Assembly (NCBI GenBank): GCA_017654855.1
Contig: CM030332.1
Coordinates: forward strand, 2,294,001 to 2,358,000
From: Podospora anserina
Lineage: Eukaryota
Length of the DNA: 64,000 nucleotides
Direction: 5' to 3'
In this document: positions 25,941-38,801 of the stretch, one piece after another
How the letters are laid out: each line of letters opens with the position of its first letter
How positions within the stretch are numbered: the first letter of the stretch is position 1
Program-made: the position numbers and the translations under genes
Notes under the pieces: model-generated
What the model was told of the DNA's origin: nothing
What the model saw: the letters and a program-made list of their open reading frames with translations, nothing else
The model's database searches: none

Positions 25941-27222
25941 CTATTCAAGCAAAAACTTCTCCAAATACCCACCGAGCCCCTCCAGGGCCTCCTTCAAGAC
26001 CTCGGTCTCACACACATACCCTATTCTCACAAAACCCTTAAAGTCCCTTGCCAGCCCGAAGCACGGACTCGCTGGCATAAACAGCACCTTTGTCTTGTCC
26101 AACACATCCAAGACAAAGTTTGGGTCATGAACCGGTACCAGGCCTCCTTTGCTGAATTGTACCAGGGCGGTTGTCCCAGCCGTAGGCTTCACCCACGAAC
26201 ACACTGAGTGATACTTCTCGACGAACTTGCTCAGAATCTCGAGGTTTGTCCGGGCAAGGTTCATGTTCCTCTCCAATAGAGGTCCGAGAACTGGCTCCGA
26301 TAGAGCATAGCTCGCGACTTGATCGTCAAGCTGCGAGACGCTAATGGTAGTGTAGTCCCGAGCATGAGCCACGGCTTCGATGATGCTCTCGTCGCGGGAA
26401 GCTACCCATCCTATTCGGATGCCAGCCAGAGAGAAGGCCTTGGACATGGAGCCAGTGGCAACAGCCTTTTTGTACCCCAGGGTGAGAATGGATGGAGGGG
26501 CGGTCTGACCGTCGGGTAGGGAGTGGTAGAGAGGGTTGTAGACCTCGTCGGCGAAGACAATGATGTCCCTTTCTTTTGCGAAAGAAATGATGTCTTCAAG
26601 GACAGACTTGGGGGTGGTGCTACCCATGGGATTGTTGGGATTGTTGAGGACGATCATCTGGCCAGGGTCAGCACGGGTTGGTATCAAGGCGGTCGGGAAC
26701 ACACACCTTGGTGTTCTCCTTTACCAACGATTCCAAGTCCTTCACGTCAGGTACATAATGATTTTCCTTCGTTAACTCCCAGTGTGACACTTCAGCCCCA
26801 AGACTTTCCGGCACAGCGTATAGCTGTTGATACGTCGGGTAGACGCAGACAACATGGTCACCGGGTCCAACGAGGGTGTAGAACAACAGGAAGTTGGCTG
26901 CGATGGCTCCTTGGGTGATGATGATATTCTCGGCAGGAAGAGGCGATGTCAGAGGCGAAGTGGTATCAGCCTGAGGGGAGGACAGGCCACGGTCCAAAAG
27001 TGAGGCAACACGCTGTCGAAGCATTTTAGAGCCGGTGATTGCACCATAGGTCAGTTTCTTGGAGGTGGAAAGTGGACTTGGGAGGTCTTTATCAGTGCAA
27101 AGCTGAACAAGGTCTTTGATGGATACCGAAGCTGCACATGTTTCGGCGATGTTCAAGACACCAGGTGTGTTTTCAAGCCTGTTCATCCATTGCTCGACTT
27201 CGAAGGGTTGAATCTTGACCAT
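25941..27222 (-). CDS. PLP-dependent aminotransferase class I/II (VioD/capreomycidine-synthase-like subgroup)
   Basis: FEVEQWM, LNIAETC, LNNPNNPMG, DEVY, GSMSKAFSLAGIRIGW (PLP Lys), RIGY; intron 26706-26658. Confidence 0.88.
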
Positions 27223-28223
27223 TTTGGACGGGTGGGAGTGGATTGGCGTTTCTTGTGATTCTCTTTGATGTCAAGGTAAGAGTGAGTGTTGATGACTTAT
27301 ATAATTTACTTTCCAAGTTGTCGCTCTGCGCCTTCTCCCATCTCCATGAAGACCTACGCCCTTCAATGACATGCTCTAGTGGAGTTACAGAGTACCTTGT
27401 GCACTTCTCAGAGCCTCATGGCATGGAAGTTTCCATGATCCTAAACACCTGCCGTTCGAAGGTAGGAAGGATCCATAGGAGCCGATATTCAATGCCTGCT
27501 ATCGATATTAATCCCAAGTCTGTTTACTATCGACCCATACATGTGAGGGGAAGCGGAGTTGTTGGAAGTTGATAGCTCCTGATAACGATAAACTCTGTAC
27601 CTAGGGTGACTGTCACCTGAGTCTGCTGACCGTTTCAGCAGCGCCCACTTGTGCGACACCCCTGGGAAGACGTGGCAGGGAAGTGCAGATGAGATCCACA
27701 TTGAAAGCGGTACAGCCAATCGAAGGGCTCGGCTCCGATTCAACCGCTCCAGGCCCGCTCCAGGATGCTCCGTGCCTCTCCACAGCGACATCATCGCCTG
27801 GGGAGCGTTGGACGGCTGAAGGCCGATTACGCCAGACAGACACACAGGAGAGTTCCCTCTTTCAACACTGCCAAGTTCAACATGAGGCTCTATTGACTGA
27901 TGAACACCAGTGCCTTCTTTGGACATTGATGACAGGTACCTGCTGGGACGACCTGTGAAAGAGCATTAGCCTCCCACCAGTCTGGAAGCTCTGCATTGGC
28001 GTTGATCTAAGCTCTGCCAGGGTAGGTGGTTGAGTCTTCGTGGGGTTGGTCTGACGCCCTTGTCGCCTGCCGGCTCAGCATCCGCCGATCTCAACAGCTT
28101 CCATCTCAACACGCACCACAGCTTCGCAAGCTTCTTCCATCGCATTGTTGCAACAGTCCCAGTTGGCATCAAATCTCTGAGTTTCTACTTCATCACGGCC
28201 CGAGCTGGCCTATCTCCGCCATC

Positions 28224-31200
28224 ATGGCATCCAAAATACCACGGGCGCTAGCCTTGCTGCTATCGCTGTCATGCGCTGTCTCGGCCGCCAGCAACTACTC
28301 GTCCATCGACATGCTGCGAGTCCAGGCAGCACTGATGGAGGGACGTCCAAAAGACTGTCCACCATGGTAGGTTTTCGGTCTCAAATGGATTTCCCATTCT
28401 CATCATGTCCAGAATGCTTACGACCTGTCTTCTTGAACAGCTTCAACTGCAACCTCCCAGCCCATTCGTGCGGTCAGTTCGCTCCTTGTAGCGAATACAG
28501 CGGCAAATGCAATTGCCCTGATGGCTTTGGCGGTGACAATTGTCTTGAACCATGTATGCGCCCCTTCGTATCACAACTATTTACGCAATGGCTGTACTCA
28601 CACCATGTGCTCCACAGTATGCGGCTCTCTCTCCAGAGGACCTGATCGACCGAAACGGGAGGGCAAGTCCTGCCAGTGCGATGATGGATGGACCGGCATC
28701 AACTGCAATGTGTGCACCAACGATAGAGCCTGCGACGCCATGACTGAGACTGGTGATGGTGGTGTTTGTTATACCGGCGGTGAGATTGTGAAGGAGAACT
28801 TCCAGATGTGTGATGTTACCAACAAGGCTATTCGTAGCCTGTTGGGCACCCAGATCCCCCAGGTCACCTTCAGCTGCAAAAAGGAGACGAAGCTGTGTGA
28901 TTTCCAATGTGAGTCTGATGTGGCACCTCGTACTTTGAATGCTTGAGCTGACACTTTTACAGTTTGGGTTGATCAGAAGGAGTCTTTCATGTGCCATCTC
29001 GAAGAATGCGATTCGACCGCCGACTATGACCTCTCGGGAACGAAGAATTCGACTTCCTACAAGTGCGAAAAGATCAAGTGCGAGTGTATCCCCGACCGTA
29101 TGCTCTGTGGCGAGAATGGCTCTGTGGACATCAGCGATTTCCTGGTCAACTTGATCAAGGGCCCTGCCAAGTTCGAGTGTGTGCAACGACCGGGCGAGGA
29201 CAAGAAGTGCTCTTTCCAAGAGCCCGAGATGAACAACCTGATCAGCGATATTTTTGGTGACTCGAGCATTCTTCTCAGCTGCGGCGCCGGCGAATGTCTC
29301 TACCACACAGAAGTCCCCGGTTATGCCCCCCAGGTCCCCAAGATCAACACGCCATTGATTGCTGGAGTCATTGCAGGATGCGCACTCTTCTTGGTGGGTG
29401 TCATTCTCCTGACATGGTACTTGTCCAGAAGGCAGTTCAAGTATGGGCCTATCCATCTGGACGATTCAGATGACGAAGCCATCAAGCTCATGGCAGACCA
29501 CAAGCCGGCCTCCCTTTACTTCCAGAACGTGTTCTACAACCTGAACGGAAAGCATATTCTTTCGGGCATCCAGGGTATGGCTCATCCCGGAGAGATCACG
29601 GCGATCATGGGAGCTTCGGGTGCTGGAAAGACCACCTTTTTGGACATCTTGGCCCGCAAGAACAAGCGTGGCCAGGTTTCTGGTGACTTTTATGTCAATG
29701 GTGAAAAGGTCAGCGATGTGGACTACAAGAACGCTGTGGGATTTGTTGATCAGGAAGATACCATGTTACCCACTCTCACGGTTCACGAGACCATCATGAC
29801 CAGCGCACTTCTTCGCCTGCCAAGGGACATGGGAAGGGCCGCAAAGGAACAGAGAGTCGTCGAGGTCGAAAAGCAGTTGGGTATTCACCACATTCGAGAC
29901 TCGTTGATCGGTTCCGAGGAGGGCAAGGGTCGGGGTATTTCGGGCGGAGAGAAGCGCCGTGTCAGCATTGCCTGCGAGTTGGTCACCAGCCCGTCCATCC
30001 TCTTCCTCGATGAGCCTACCAGTGGTCTTGACGCTTACAACGCCTACAACGTCATCGAATGTTTGGTCACATTGGCAAAGACGTACAAGCGGACAGTCAT
30101 CTTCACGATCCACCAGCCTAGATCCAACATCGTTGCCCTGTTTGACCGCCTCATTCTGCTCGCTCAAGGCAAGACCGTCTACTCTGGACCCCTGCACCTG
30201 TGCCAGGAGTACTTCGATCAGATCGGTTACAGCTGCCCTCCCGGTTTCAACATCGCCGACTATTTGGTCGACCTGACGATGCATGCTTCCTCCACCACTT
30301 CCTACGACGACGGTGCCCTGTCTACTGATGGTGGTAGCATCGGCCCCAGCAGCACCCGGGCTGTCAAATCGATCGCTAGTATCTCTGGTAACAGTGTTGG
30401 TGACGAGAGTACAGTTACGGCTGGCTCATCACGTCCCAGAGGCCCGCGTCGGGATTCCGTGAGGTTGAGGCAGGAGCGGGAGCTCTACACTCGGCGCAAG
30501 CAAGCAGCTGATACTGCTGCTTTTTCGGACGCCGGGTACGAGATTGGAGCGTACAAGGTTCAACGCCAGGCACCCGGCCAACAACCAACCCCAATCGCGG
30601 AAGATCCTGATGATTTACCTCCTCCCGCCACCACTGGAACCGATCTGGACATTCTCGTTCACTCTTATATCCAGTCAGATATCGCTGGCAATACGCATGA
30701 CCAAATCGAGCAGGCTGTTGCGGCAGCGACTGCCAGCAACGGCCAAAACGCCAATGGGTATGTGGCAGATGGACCCAACATCAACCTTGGTGCGATGGGC
30801 AGAGGATATACTCGCATCGGATATTGGCGACAGTTTGTTCTTTTGTCCCAGCGTACCTGGAGAAACCTCTACCGGAACCCCATGTTGATGTTGACCCACT
30901 ACGCCATCGCCATCCTCCTCGCCGTTTTCGCTGGCTATCTGTTCTACGGCCTGACGATGGATATTGCTGGCTTCCAAAACAGACTCGGTCTTTTCTTCTT
31001 CGTCCTCGCCCTGTTCGGCTTCAGCACCCTGACCAGCTTGTCCGTGTTCTCCCAGGAGCGGCTTCTCTTCGTCCGTGAGAGAGCAAATGGATACTATTCA
31101 CCCATCACCTACTTTGCGGCCAAGGTTCTTTTCGACATCATCCCTCTCAGAATTATCCCACCAATCCTGCTAGGTGCGATTGTCTACCCAATGACTGGCC

Positions 31201-31652
31201 TCGTTGCCGAGCCAGCCAAGTTTTTGGTGTTCATGCTGGTCCTGGTACTTTTCAACTTTGCTGCAGCAGGCATTTGTCTGTTCATCGGCATTGTCTGCAA
31301 GGACCATGGCGTTGCGAACCTGATTGGCAGCTTGGTCATGTTGTTCAGCTTGCTTTTTGCCGGTCTGCTGCTGAATCACAACGCAATTCCACCAGCAGCT
31401 CTCTGGCTCCAGTGGCTGTCAATCTTCCACTATGGCTTCGAGGCGCTGATCGTGAACGAGGTCGCTGGGCTCACTCTTATCGACCACAAGATTGGTATCG
31501 ATATTACCGTGCCTGGTGCCGCCATTCTCAGCTCGTTCGGTTTCGATAACCTGGCCATGTGGATGGACATCATCAATCTTGGTGTATTTGGTGTTGTGTT
31601 CATCATTCTGGCTTACGCCGCTATGCATCTTCTTTTGGTCGAGAGGAGATAG
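28224..31652 (+). CDS. ADP1: Half-size ABCG transporter with N-terminal EGF-like Cys-rich domain
   Basis: Signal peptide, CPPCFNC and EGF-like Cys repeats, Walker [10 protein letters not shown], signature [21 protein letters not shown]-terminal TM domain; introns 28367-28440, 28554-28617, 28909-28962. Confidence 0.93.
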
Positions 31653-32251
31653 TCGTGGGCGGCAGGCGGAGATGATGTTCCTTGCAGGCTTCGTCTGTTA
31701 CTAAATCTTCAAGAGGCGTCTTGTTTCCGGGAGTTGGTGAGGTAGAGAGTGGTTTTTGTTTTGCGTTGTTGCTGCATGTTTTTTCTTGGATTACTTGAAC
31801 ACATATCATGTACCACTGGTAGTATTGTACACGACGGACGGACGATGAGGGAGCAAAGGACGGGATGGGAATCAGGGGCAATCGGCGTTCTGACAGGCGT
31901 ATAGTCATTTTGAATTTGATCAGCGAAATATGTAGAGTAGGAGAAACATTATGTGATTTCTTTTTTCCTCTCTTCTTTTTGTACATATCCCTGTTCTTCT
32001 TCTTCTTCTTCTCTGTAGAAGCTAAACAGAGTGTGTACAATATTGTAAATAGCTCTTTTCAGTGGCCGGTTAAACATTGGCTCTTTCAAAACAAATTCTA
32101 TTTGTACACGCCTACTTCCACCTAGGCTTTGATACATGATGTAACTAATGTAGTCTCATCGGTTTGCCCGCAACAAACAGGCATCCCCACCTGCTTAAGA
32201 CAGCTTCATCTCTCTACTTGTGCTCTCGAAACTCCCAGATCGCTCATTGTT

Positions 32252-33199
32252 CTAAGCATCGATAACCAGCTTGCCACCCGAAAGCTCCTCGGCCACCAAC
32301 TTCCTCCTGACCGCCGCCTGGGTCGCCGCCCTGGTAGAATCAGACAATCCAGAGGCCATACCTGAAATCTGCGCCTGTCTCGTGGCCACGCTGATCGGCG
32401 GGCCAGAAGCCTCCCAAATGTTCTTAGCGGCGCTGCTAATCCTGTTCTTGAACGTATCCTCCTTGAACAGCTCCTCGACCCTCTCCTCCAGCTGCTTCTC
32501 CGTCACGATGAAGCTCTGCGCGGCAACAAACAGCTGAGCAAGGGCGTCTTTCCTCGCCTCTGACTTTTGCGCAGCCAACTGTTCAGTCTTTTGCCTGGCC
32601 TCTTCGGCCCTCTCGAACCGGAGTGGACTGGGCTCGACCTGGACCTTCAGGGCGGTGGACGCCTTGACTGTCGACCGGGTGAGGATTTCGTCCTCTCGCT
32701 CGGGCTTGTTGGCGCAGGCGATGTTAAATCCGACCTTGTACTGGGAGCGTTCGAGGATTCTCCTGTCGTGGGTGGTCTTACGGCGGTAGAGGCTAAGGGT
32801 GCCTGCTGCGAGGTTCTTGCGGCGGATGGCGGCTGCTTTGCGGTGGGCGGCTTCGGCGGCGGATTTGGGGGGGAGGCCGGCGGCTTCGGATTTGGAGAGG
32901 GGGGTGGCGGCTTTGATGAAGGCGGATGTGGCTTTGCGGTGGCCGCCGCGGGTGGGGAAGAGGTTGCGGGGCTTGGGGAGGTGGCCTTTGACGGGGGGGG
33001 GTTTGACTTCGGAGGATTGGGGGGGTTCGGGGATGGTGATGAACTTGGGGGAGTCGGGGGGGAAGAATTGTTGGAGGTAGGAGGGGGTTGTCGAGAGGGA
33101 GCGAGAGAGTTGCCGGGATACTGGTCTTGGGGTGAGGCGGCAGTTCGTGAGAGCGGCTTCGAGGCCGCTGAGGGCCGGTCGTGGGAGTGATGGAGGCAT
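32252..33199 (-). CDS. Mitochondrial small-subunit ribosomal protein mS26-like
   Basis: Arg/Ser-rich presequence (..RSLSTT), PPDSPKFITIPEPPQSSE..VKGHLP, KSEARKDALAQLFVAAQSFIV, VAEELSGGKL; resembles Neurospora mS26 from memory. Confidence 0.75.
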   Translation of the reverse strand: MPPSLPRPALSGLEAALTNCRLTPRPVSRQLSRSLSTTPSYLQQFFPPDSPKFITIPEPPQSSEVKPPPVKGHLPKPRNLFPTRGGHRKATSAFIKAATPLSKSEAAGLPPKSAAEAAHRKAAAIRRKNLAAGTLSLYRRKTTHDRRILERSQYKVGFNIACANKPEREDEILTRSTVKASTALKVQVEPSPLRFERAEEARQKTEQLAAQKSEARKDALAQLFVAAQSFIVTEKQLEERVEELFKEDTFKNRISSAAKNIWEASGPPISVATRQAQISGMASGLSDSTRAATQAAVRRKLVAEELSGGKLVIDA

Positions 33200-33660
33200 G
33201 TTGTTTGTGGTAGGGGGGGAGCTTCTGTCTGGAGAGACAGGAGTTCGGGCTGGCTTCCTGGACTACTGGGGGATTGTCGACGACGGCGAGGTGCGGGTGG
33301 TGGTGATTCGACTTGGAAATTCTGAAGCTCGCTGGGGCTGGCTGATTGATAGACGCTAAGCCGGTTTGGGAGTAAGGGCGGTTGAGCATTGGGGGTTCTG
33401 CCGTGGCTGACCGCTCTTTTTTCAGAGACTTTTGGAGCTCCACCCCTCCAAAACTTTCCCATTTACTTTGCGCGACTGTTGCTCTTTTGCACCCTTTCCA
33501 ACTTTTCTCTCCTCGTCTTCCACATTCACTTTCCCCCGTGGAAGACCGCAAAACATCAATTTTCAATCCCTCAGATCCTTTCTCGCGGGCGAGGTTCTTG
33601 TTTTGCCTTTTCTTTTTCTTGTCTCCTGGTTTCAGCTTGGCGTTTTAGCATTCCACCAAG

Positions 33661-35970
33661 ATGGGAACTGGTACGTCGCAGCATTCATCGATATCGCAAT
33701 TGACGTCGCCCTCTAACTCTTCATCATAGGGAAGAAGGAAAGGTCCCGCATGGAGCGGCAGGGCAAGCCCACAGGCGACCCCAAGGTGAAGGGTGAAAAC
33801 TTCTACCGCTCCGCCAAAAAGATCAAGACCCTCAATGTCCTCAAGGAGGGCAAGGCGATTCGCAACAAGGATGGCAAGATCATCAAGGCTGCCTCTTTCC
33901 AGAGCAGAGAGCGCCCCAAGGCTGTCATCGAGCCAAACCGAAGATGGTTCAGCAACACCAGAGTCATTTCCCAGGACACACTCACATCGTTCCGGGAGGC
34001 TGTGGAGGAGAACCAGAAGGACCCATACTCAGTACTGCTCAAGAGCAACAAGCTTCCCATGAGCTTGATTCGTGATGACGGACCCAAGCTCGAGGATGGG
34101 TTGAAGAAGCATCAAGCCAAGATGACAATCGAGAGTGCGCCCTTCTCAGAGACCTTTGGACCCAAGGCGCAAAGGAAACGTCCCAAGCTGAGCTTCGCCA
34201 CTGTTGACGAACTGGCGGGCCACACCGAGTCGAGCTTCGATCAGTACACCGCGAGGCAGGAACAGATCAAGCTGCTCAGCGGTACTTCTGGCACGGCTGA
34301 GGTGGAGAACAAGGAGAGTGTCTACCCGGAGATTGACTTCAGTGTCTCAACGGCCAAGGAAGCCATCTTCTTCAAGGGTCAATCCAAGCGCATCTGGAAC
34401 GAGCTCTGTAAGCATACACGCACTCACGTTGGAGGTCAGCATTGTTCTAACCTATTCTCACAGACAAGGTGATTGACTCTTCCGACGTCATCCTCCACGT
34501 TCTCGACGCCCGTGATCCTGTCGGCACAAGATGTCGCCACGTGGAGAAGTATCTTTCTACAGAAGCTCCGCACAAGCATCTCATCTTCGTTCTGAACAAA
34601 ATCGATTTGGTTCCATCCAGCACAGCCGTAAGTACAACCATTTTGTATTGTATCACATCACACATTCTTGGTACTCCTCGATTTTTATTGGGAGTACCCC
34701 AGGGGTTTTGTCAGGATGCTTCCGCACATTCGTGTGCCAGTGCAATGGAAGTTGTGCGTTACATCCCTGGGAGATCGATATCCACCTCCAACTTCTCTGG
34801 CCTGGTCATCAGGTCGGGGATTGTCAGACTCCGTCTTGGGGTTTTGGCGCCGGATACCGGACGTGTTTCATACGAGTTGAAAACCGCCGCGCCCTTCACT
34901 GGGTAATTTTGTTGCGGTTTTCTTAGTGATGTTTCATACATTTCTCTCCCATCATACATCTGCATTTGAAATTGTTGCTTCCAAGACGGACGCTAACAGG
35001 TTTTCAGGCTGCTTGGATCCGTGTGCTTCAAAAGGATCGCCCCACCTGCGCCATGAGATCAAGCATGAAGAACCCGTTCGGTCGTGGTTCTCTGATCGAT
35101 CTTCTCCGCCAATTTAGCATCCTCCACAAGGACCGCAAGCAGATCAGTGTTGGCCTGGTTGGGTATCCCAACGTGGGCAAATCCAGCATCATCAACGCCC
35201 TCCGTGGCAAGCCTGTTGCCAAGGTTGCACCCATTCCCGGTGAGACCAAGGTCTGGCAGTACGTTACTCTGATGAAGAGGATCTACCTGATTGATTGCCC
35301 GGGTATTGTACCACCCAACCAAAATGACACACCACAGGACCTTCTTCTCCGTGGTGTCGTCCGTGTTGAGAATGTCGAGCATCCCGAGCAGTATATCCCT
35401 GCTGTGTTGAGCAAGGTCAAGCCGCATCATATGGAAAGGACATATGAGCTGAAGGGTTGGAAAGACCACATTCAGTTCCTTGAGATGCTGGCTAGGAAGG
35501 GCGGCAGACTGTTGAAGGGTGGTGAGCCAGATGTGGACGGTGTGGCCAAGATGGTCTTGAACGATTTCATGCGAGGCAAGATTCCTTGGTTCACCCCCGC
35601 GCCAGCAATGGAAGGGACCGAGGATGCCGACTCTGAACTCATTGAGGGCCGCCAAGGTCGTCTCGGTGAGATGCGGAAGCGGAAACGCGACCTCGAGGCT
35701 GAAGGCGAAAGTGTTGCCGATACATCCATGGCTGGGTCGACTCTGGCGGCCACCGAGGATCTTGCAGCTTCAGATGACGAAGGTGACGATTTCTCTGGAT
35801 TTTCCAGTGATAGTGACTCTGAGGGTGAGGGTGAAGATAACGAAGACAATGAGGGCGATGATGCCGAGGATATGATATCCCTCGGCGAGTCGAGTGATGA
35901 GGAGGCATCAGATGCTGAGTCGGAGCAAGAGCCAGATCCGCCAGCGTCCAGGAAAAGGAGAAAGGCGTAG
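33661..35970 (+). CDS. NOG2: Nucleolar GTPase Nog2 (circularly permuted; 60S biogenesis)
   Basis: [59 protein letters not shown]; introns 33671-33729, 34408-34463, 34628-35007. Confidence 0.96.
34697..34943 (+). ncRNA. snR191: Intronic H/ACA snoRNA, snR191 orthologue (guides two pseudouridines in LSU rRNA helix 69)
   Basis: In NOG2 intron 3. 5' pocket GTCA(34710-13)/GTTAC(34758-62) with H-box-like AGATCG 14 nt on; 3' pocket GAGT(34874-77)/TAGT(34924-27) flanking stem GAAAACCGC/GCGGTTTTC, ACA 14 nt on at 34938-40. Yeast NOG2 intron hosts snR191. Confidence 0.85.
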
Positions 35971-36644
35971 TCAAGCCACTTCGATTCTGATCTTGTTGCA
36001 GCGAAAAGCACCACGTGTTGATTTTTAGTAATGAAACCGTGGAAGGGTTTGGGCACAACCCGAATGATACCTCTGCCCATATCATACATTTTTCGTTCCA
36101 ATTCTGCTTGCTTGTGTATCTGTGTCGGCAAAGACAACTTTTGTGGCCAGTGGCTGGGAAAGGCCATTGTTGGGCTCGGTCTGTCGGACAAGTCTGGAAA
36201 TGGGATGGTAGATATCTAGTGGTGGATGATCTCGCAGATGCGACGGTGACCTTATCATGGTGTTGCACAGCATGCTCAAGTCGAGATGGGTATCACTGGG
36301 CTGAGGCTCACAGGCGATATGCATGCACGGTCCCTTGTTTTTAGGTGTGAGCCGAGCGGATGAGACCATCACTTCTTTACATCTTGAACTTGCCAACGGT
36401 CTGACGGGCGCTGGGGCGTAGTTGTTCAAGATATTTGGGGCAATATCGCCGTCATGAGAAACAATGAGTCCGTTGCACCAAACGGCACATCTTGCCGTCC
36501 TTGGTGGAAATGATAATTGGAAGCCTGGTGATATAAGTGTTGGGTTACCTCCCCGTTGCTGTGGTCAGTTATGAAGTTGGCAGCTCTTTCACTTGAACCC
36601 AGGATTACCTACCGCCGCTGTCATCTATCACCTACACTTCGACT

Positions 36645-37945
36645 ATGTTTGCTCACATCTTCCTCCTCTTGGTGCTGGGGTTGAGCTTCGTGGTGGCTGA
36701 TGTCGCGGATATAGAAACATGTTTGTTCCACCTATACTCAGTCGATGCCAGTTGCAGCAACAACCTCACAGTTGGCCAATTACCAGGTGGTCAACTTCAG
36801 GGAAGCAAACTCACAGAGCCAGCAACGTGGTTCCGGTTGTTTGATGGTCGTCTTCTAGACCACGCCCTACGGGGGTGCTGGTGGGCTCGTACAGTTGTCC
36901 CTGTCCCCTGTCTTGTCCTTGCTCTGTTCCAGCTAATCTCTTGTTCATTATTCTAGCCGTCTCGACAGTCTTGGTCTGTGACGTTGCCTTTTCCGACGTG
37001 GAAGAACCCGACATGCTTTTCTCTGTCACCACGCACGGCGATGCCCAGGCTCTCAGTTACAATGGAACATTTTCCTTTTTCGCCTGCCGATCTGGCCGCT
37101 ACGACAAGGTGAACTACTACCTCGAGCAGCCGGACGCAACGTGCCCGCAAGTCTTCCTTCACGTCGACCCCGATATGTCATGTTTCGATGAGCCGTTTCT
37201 CACTATGACAACCACACCCGCGCTTCATTTCTCAACGCCAGTCCCCTCTGCCACAGAGAGTACCAGTACGGACGATTTGTTGAGTACGGCGTACGATACT
37301 GAGACAGTCGGCGAGTCAACTTCGACAGCTCACGATACAGAATCTCCCGCCACTTACGACACAGACGGTCCCCGGGTTACTACGTTGATCTTCCAAACCA
37401 CCACACCTACATTAACCATCACGGTAGACGAACCCCCCCCAACCTCAGACTCCTACCCCCCACCTTCCACCCTCCCACTTACATCATCCATCCGCCCCCA
37501 ATACCACTCCCTCAGCACCCTCCTCTCCCCTCCTCTCCCATCCCTGACCGCCCCCTCCATCAACCTCACAGCCTTGCCTCCCACGACCTTCCCATCCCTC
37601 TCCATCCCCAAACCCTTCACAACAGGCCTCTTCTCCTGGACAAACTCCTCTTTCCCCTCCACCCTCAAAACTAAAACCCTCAGCCCGGGCGTTTATGGTA
37701 GCGGAAGGGGTTCTTCCCTCAGCATGCAGACACCAACGGTGTATTACGGCACGGCGGGGTTCAGCCGTCCACCCAGAACTCCTACCCCGTCATACGAACC
37801 AATGCCTTTGGTGACGACGTTGATTTTTCATACGGAACGGGAGGAGGGTGAGGGAAGTGTTACTACCGGGCCGGTGGTGGAGACCTTTACGGTGACGGCG
37901 GAGGGGGGGGTGGTGGTTACCTTTGCTGTGGAGGTTGAGCGTTAA
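36645..37945 (+). CDS. Secreted Ser/Thr/Pro-rich cell-wall protein with PIR-like N-terminal domain
   Basis: Signal peptide, VGQLPGGQL (PIR-repeat-like), D..RGCWW..P.STVLVCD, FFACRSG, then S/T/P-rich tail; intron 36889-36956. Confidence 0.7.
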
Positions 37946-38801
37946 GGGGGGGAAGTTTGTTAAAGGTGCGAAGATGAGAGAGGAAGGAGGAAAGGCAAAG
38001 GAAGAAAAAGGAAGATTTAGTGTAATGGTAGTAATAATAGTACAGGGAAGAGGCTGTTTGGACTTGGCTTGAAAAGGGGTTGTAAAGTGTTGCTTGGTGG
38101 CTATAAGTTAGGGCGGGTGTGCAAAGAGTGTCCCGTAGTTAAACTTGTCGTTAAACGATTAACTAAGGGGGGGTCTTTGAACCCACCATTTTCAAGTAGA
38201 AATTGGGTGTCTTTTGCAGTTCGAGAAAGAATGCAGGATAACCAACCAGTAAGAGAGTAAAAAGCAAAGCAGCGAAAACATACAACACCGGGGATTCCCC
38301 AGTGGTCACCCACCTGAGTACTGGTCTGGCGGTCAGCTGTTTGACTAGGGGAGAGCAGACGGGATCCCGTATTTTCAGCTGCCTATGGTCGTATGTGATC
38401 GTTATGGTTAAGATTCAATATCATGTAGGGAGTGAGGATGAGAAAATAGGGGTTTCACCAGGAGACAGTCTGAGAGACAGAATGACAAAATTCCCCTAGA
38501 GAGGTATTTGGAATTGACCAACGAGCACCGATGCCGAACAAGTATTTCGACGGATCGGGGAGCGATTAAGATTTTCGGAAAAGCGATGATGCAACTGAGC
38601 GCGAGCAGCCCCTCATTCACCCCACTAACACACCCCCTATCTACCTATCTTCATGTGTAACAAGAGCTCCCATCACATCATCCCGAGTCTTTCTGTCGCG
38701 GTCTAATTCTTAATTCTATAAAAGCCTCATTCACTACCCATCGTCCGTTCGTGACTGTCACTCATCAATTCTCAACTTCACAAACAAAGTAAACCACCAA
38801 G

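Noticed and set aside
9962-27222. Possible metabolic gene cluster (MFS, quinone reductase, amidase, aminotransferase)
   Set aside because: No PKS/NRPS/terpene backbone gene or cluster regulator; interspersed with housekeeping genes such as YAE1.
34469-34926. ORFs reading through NOG2 intron 3
   Set aside because: The region is better explained by the snoRNA; spliced NOG2 is continuous without them.
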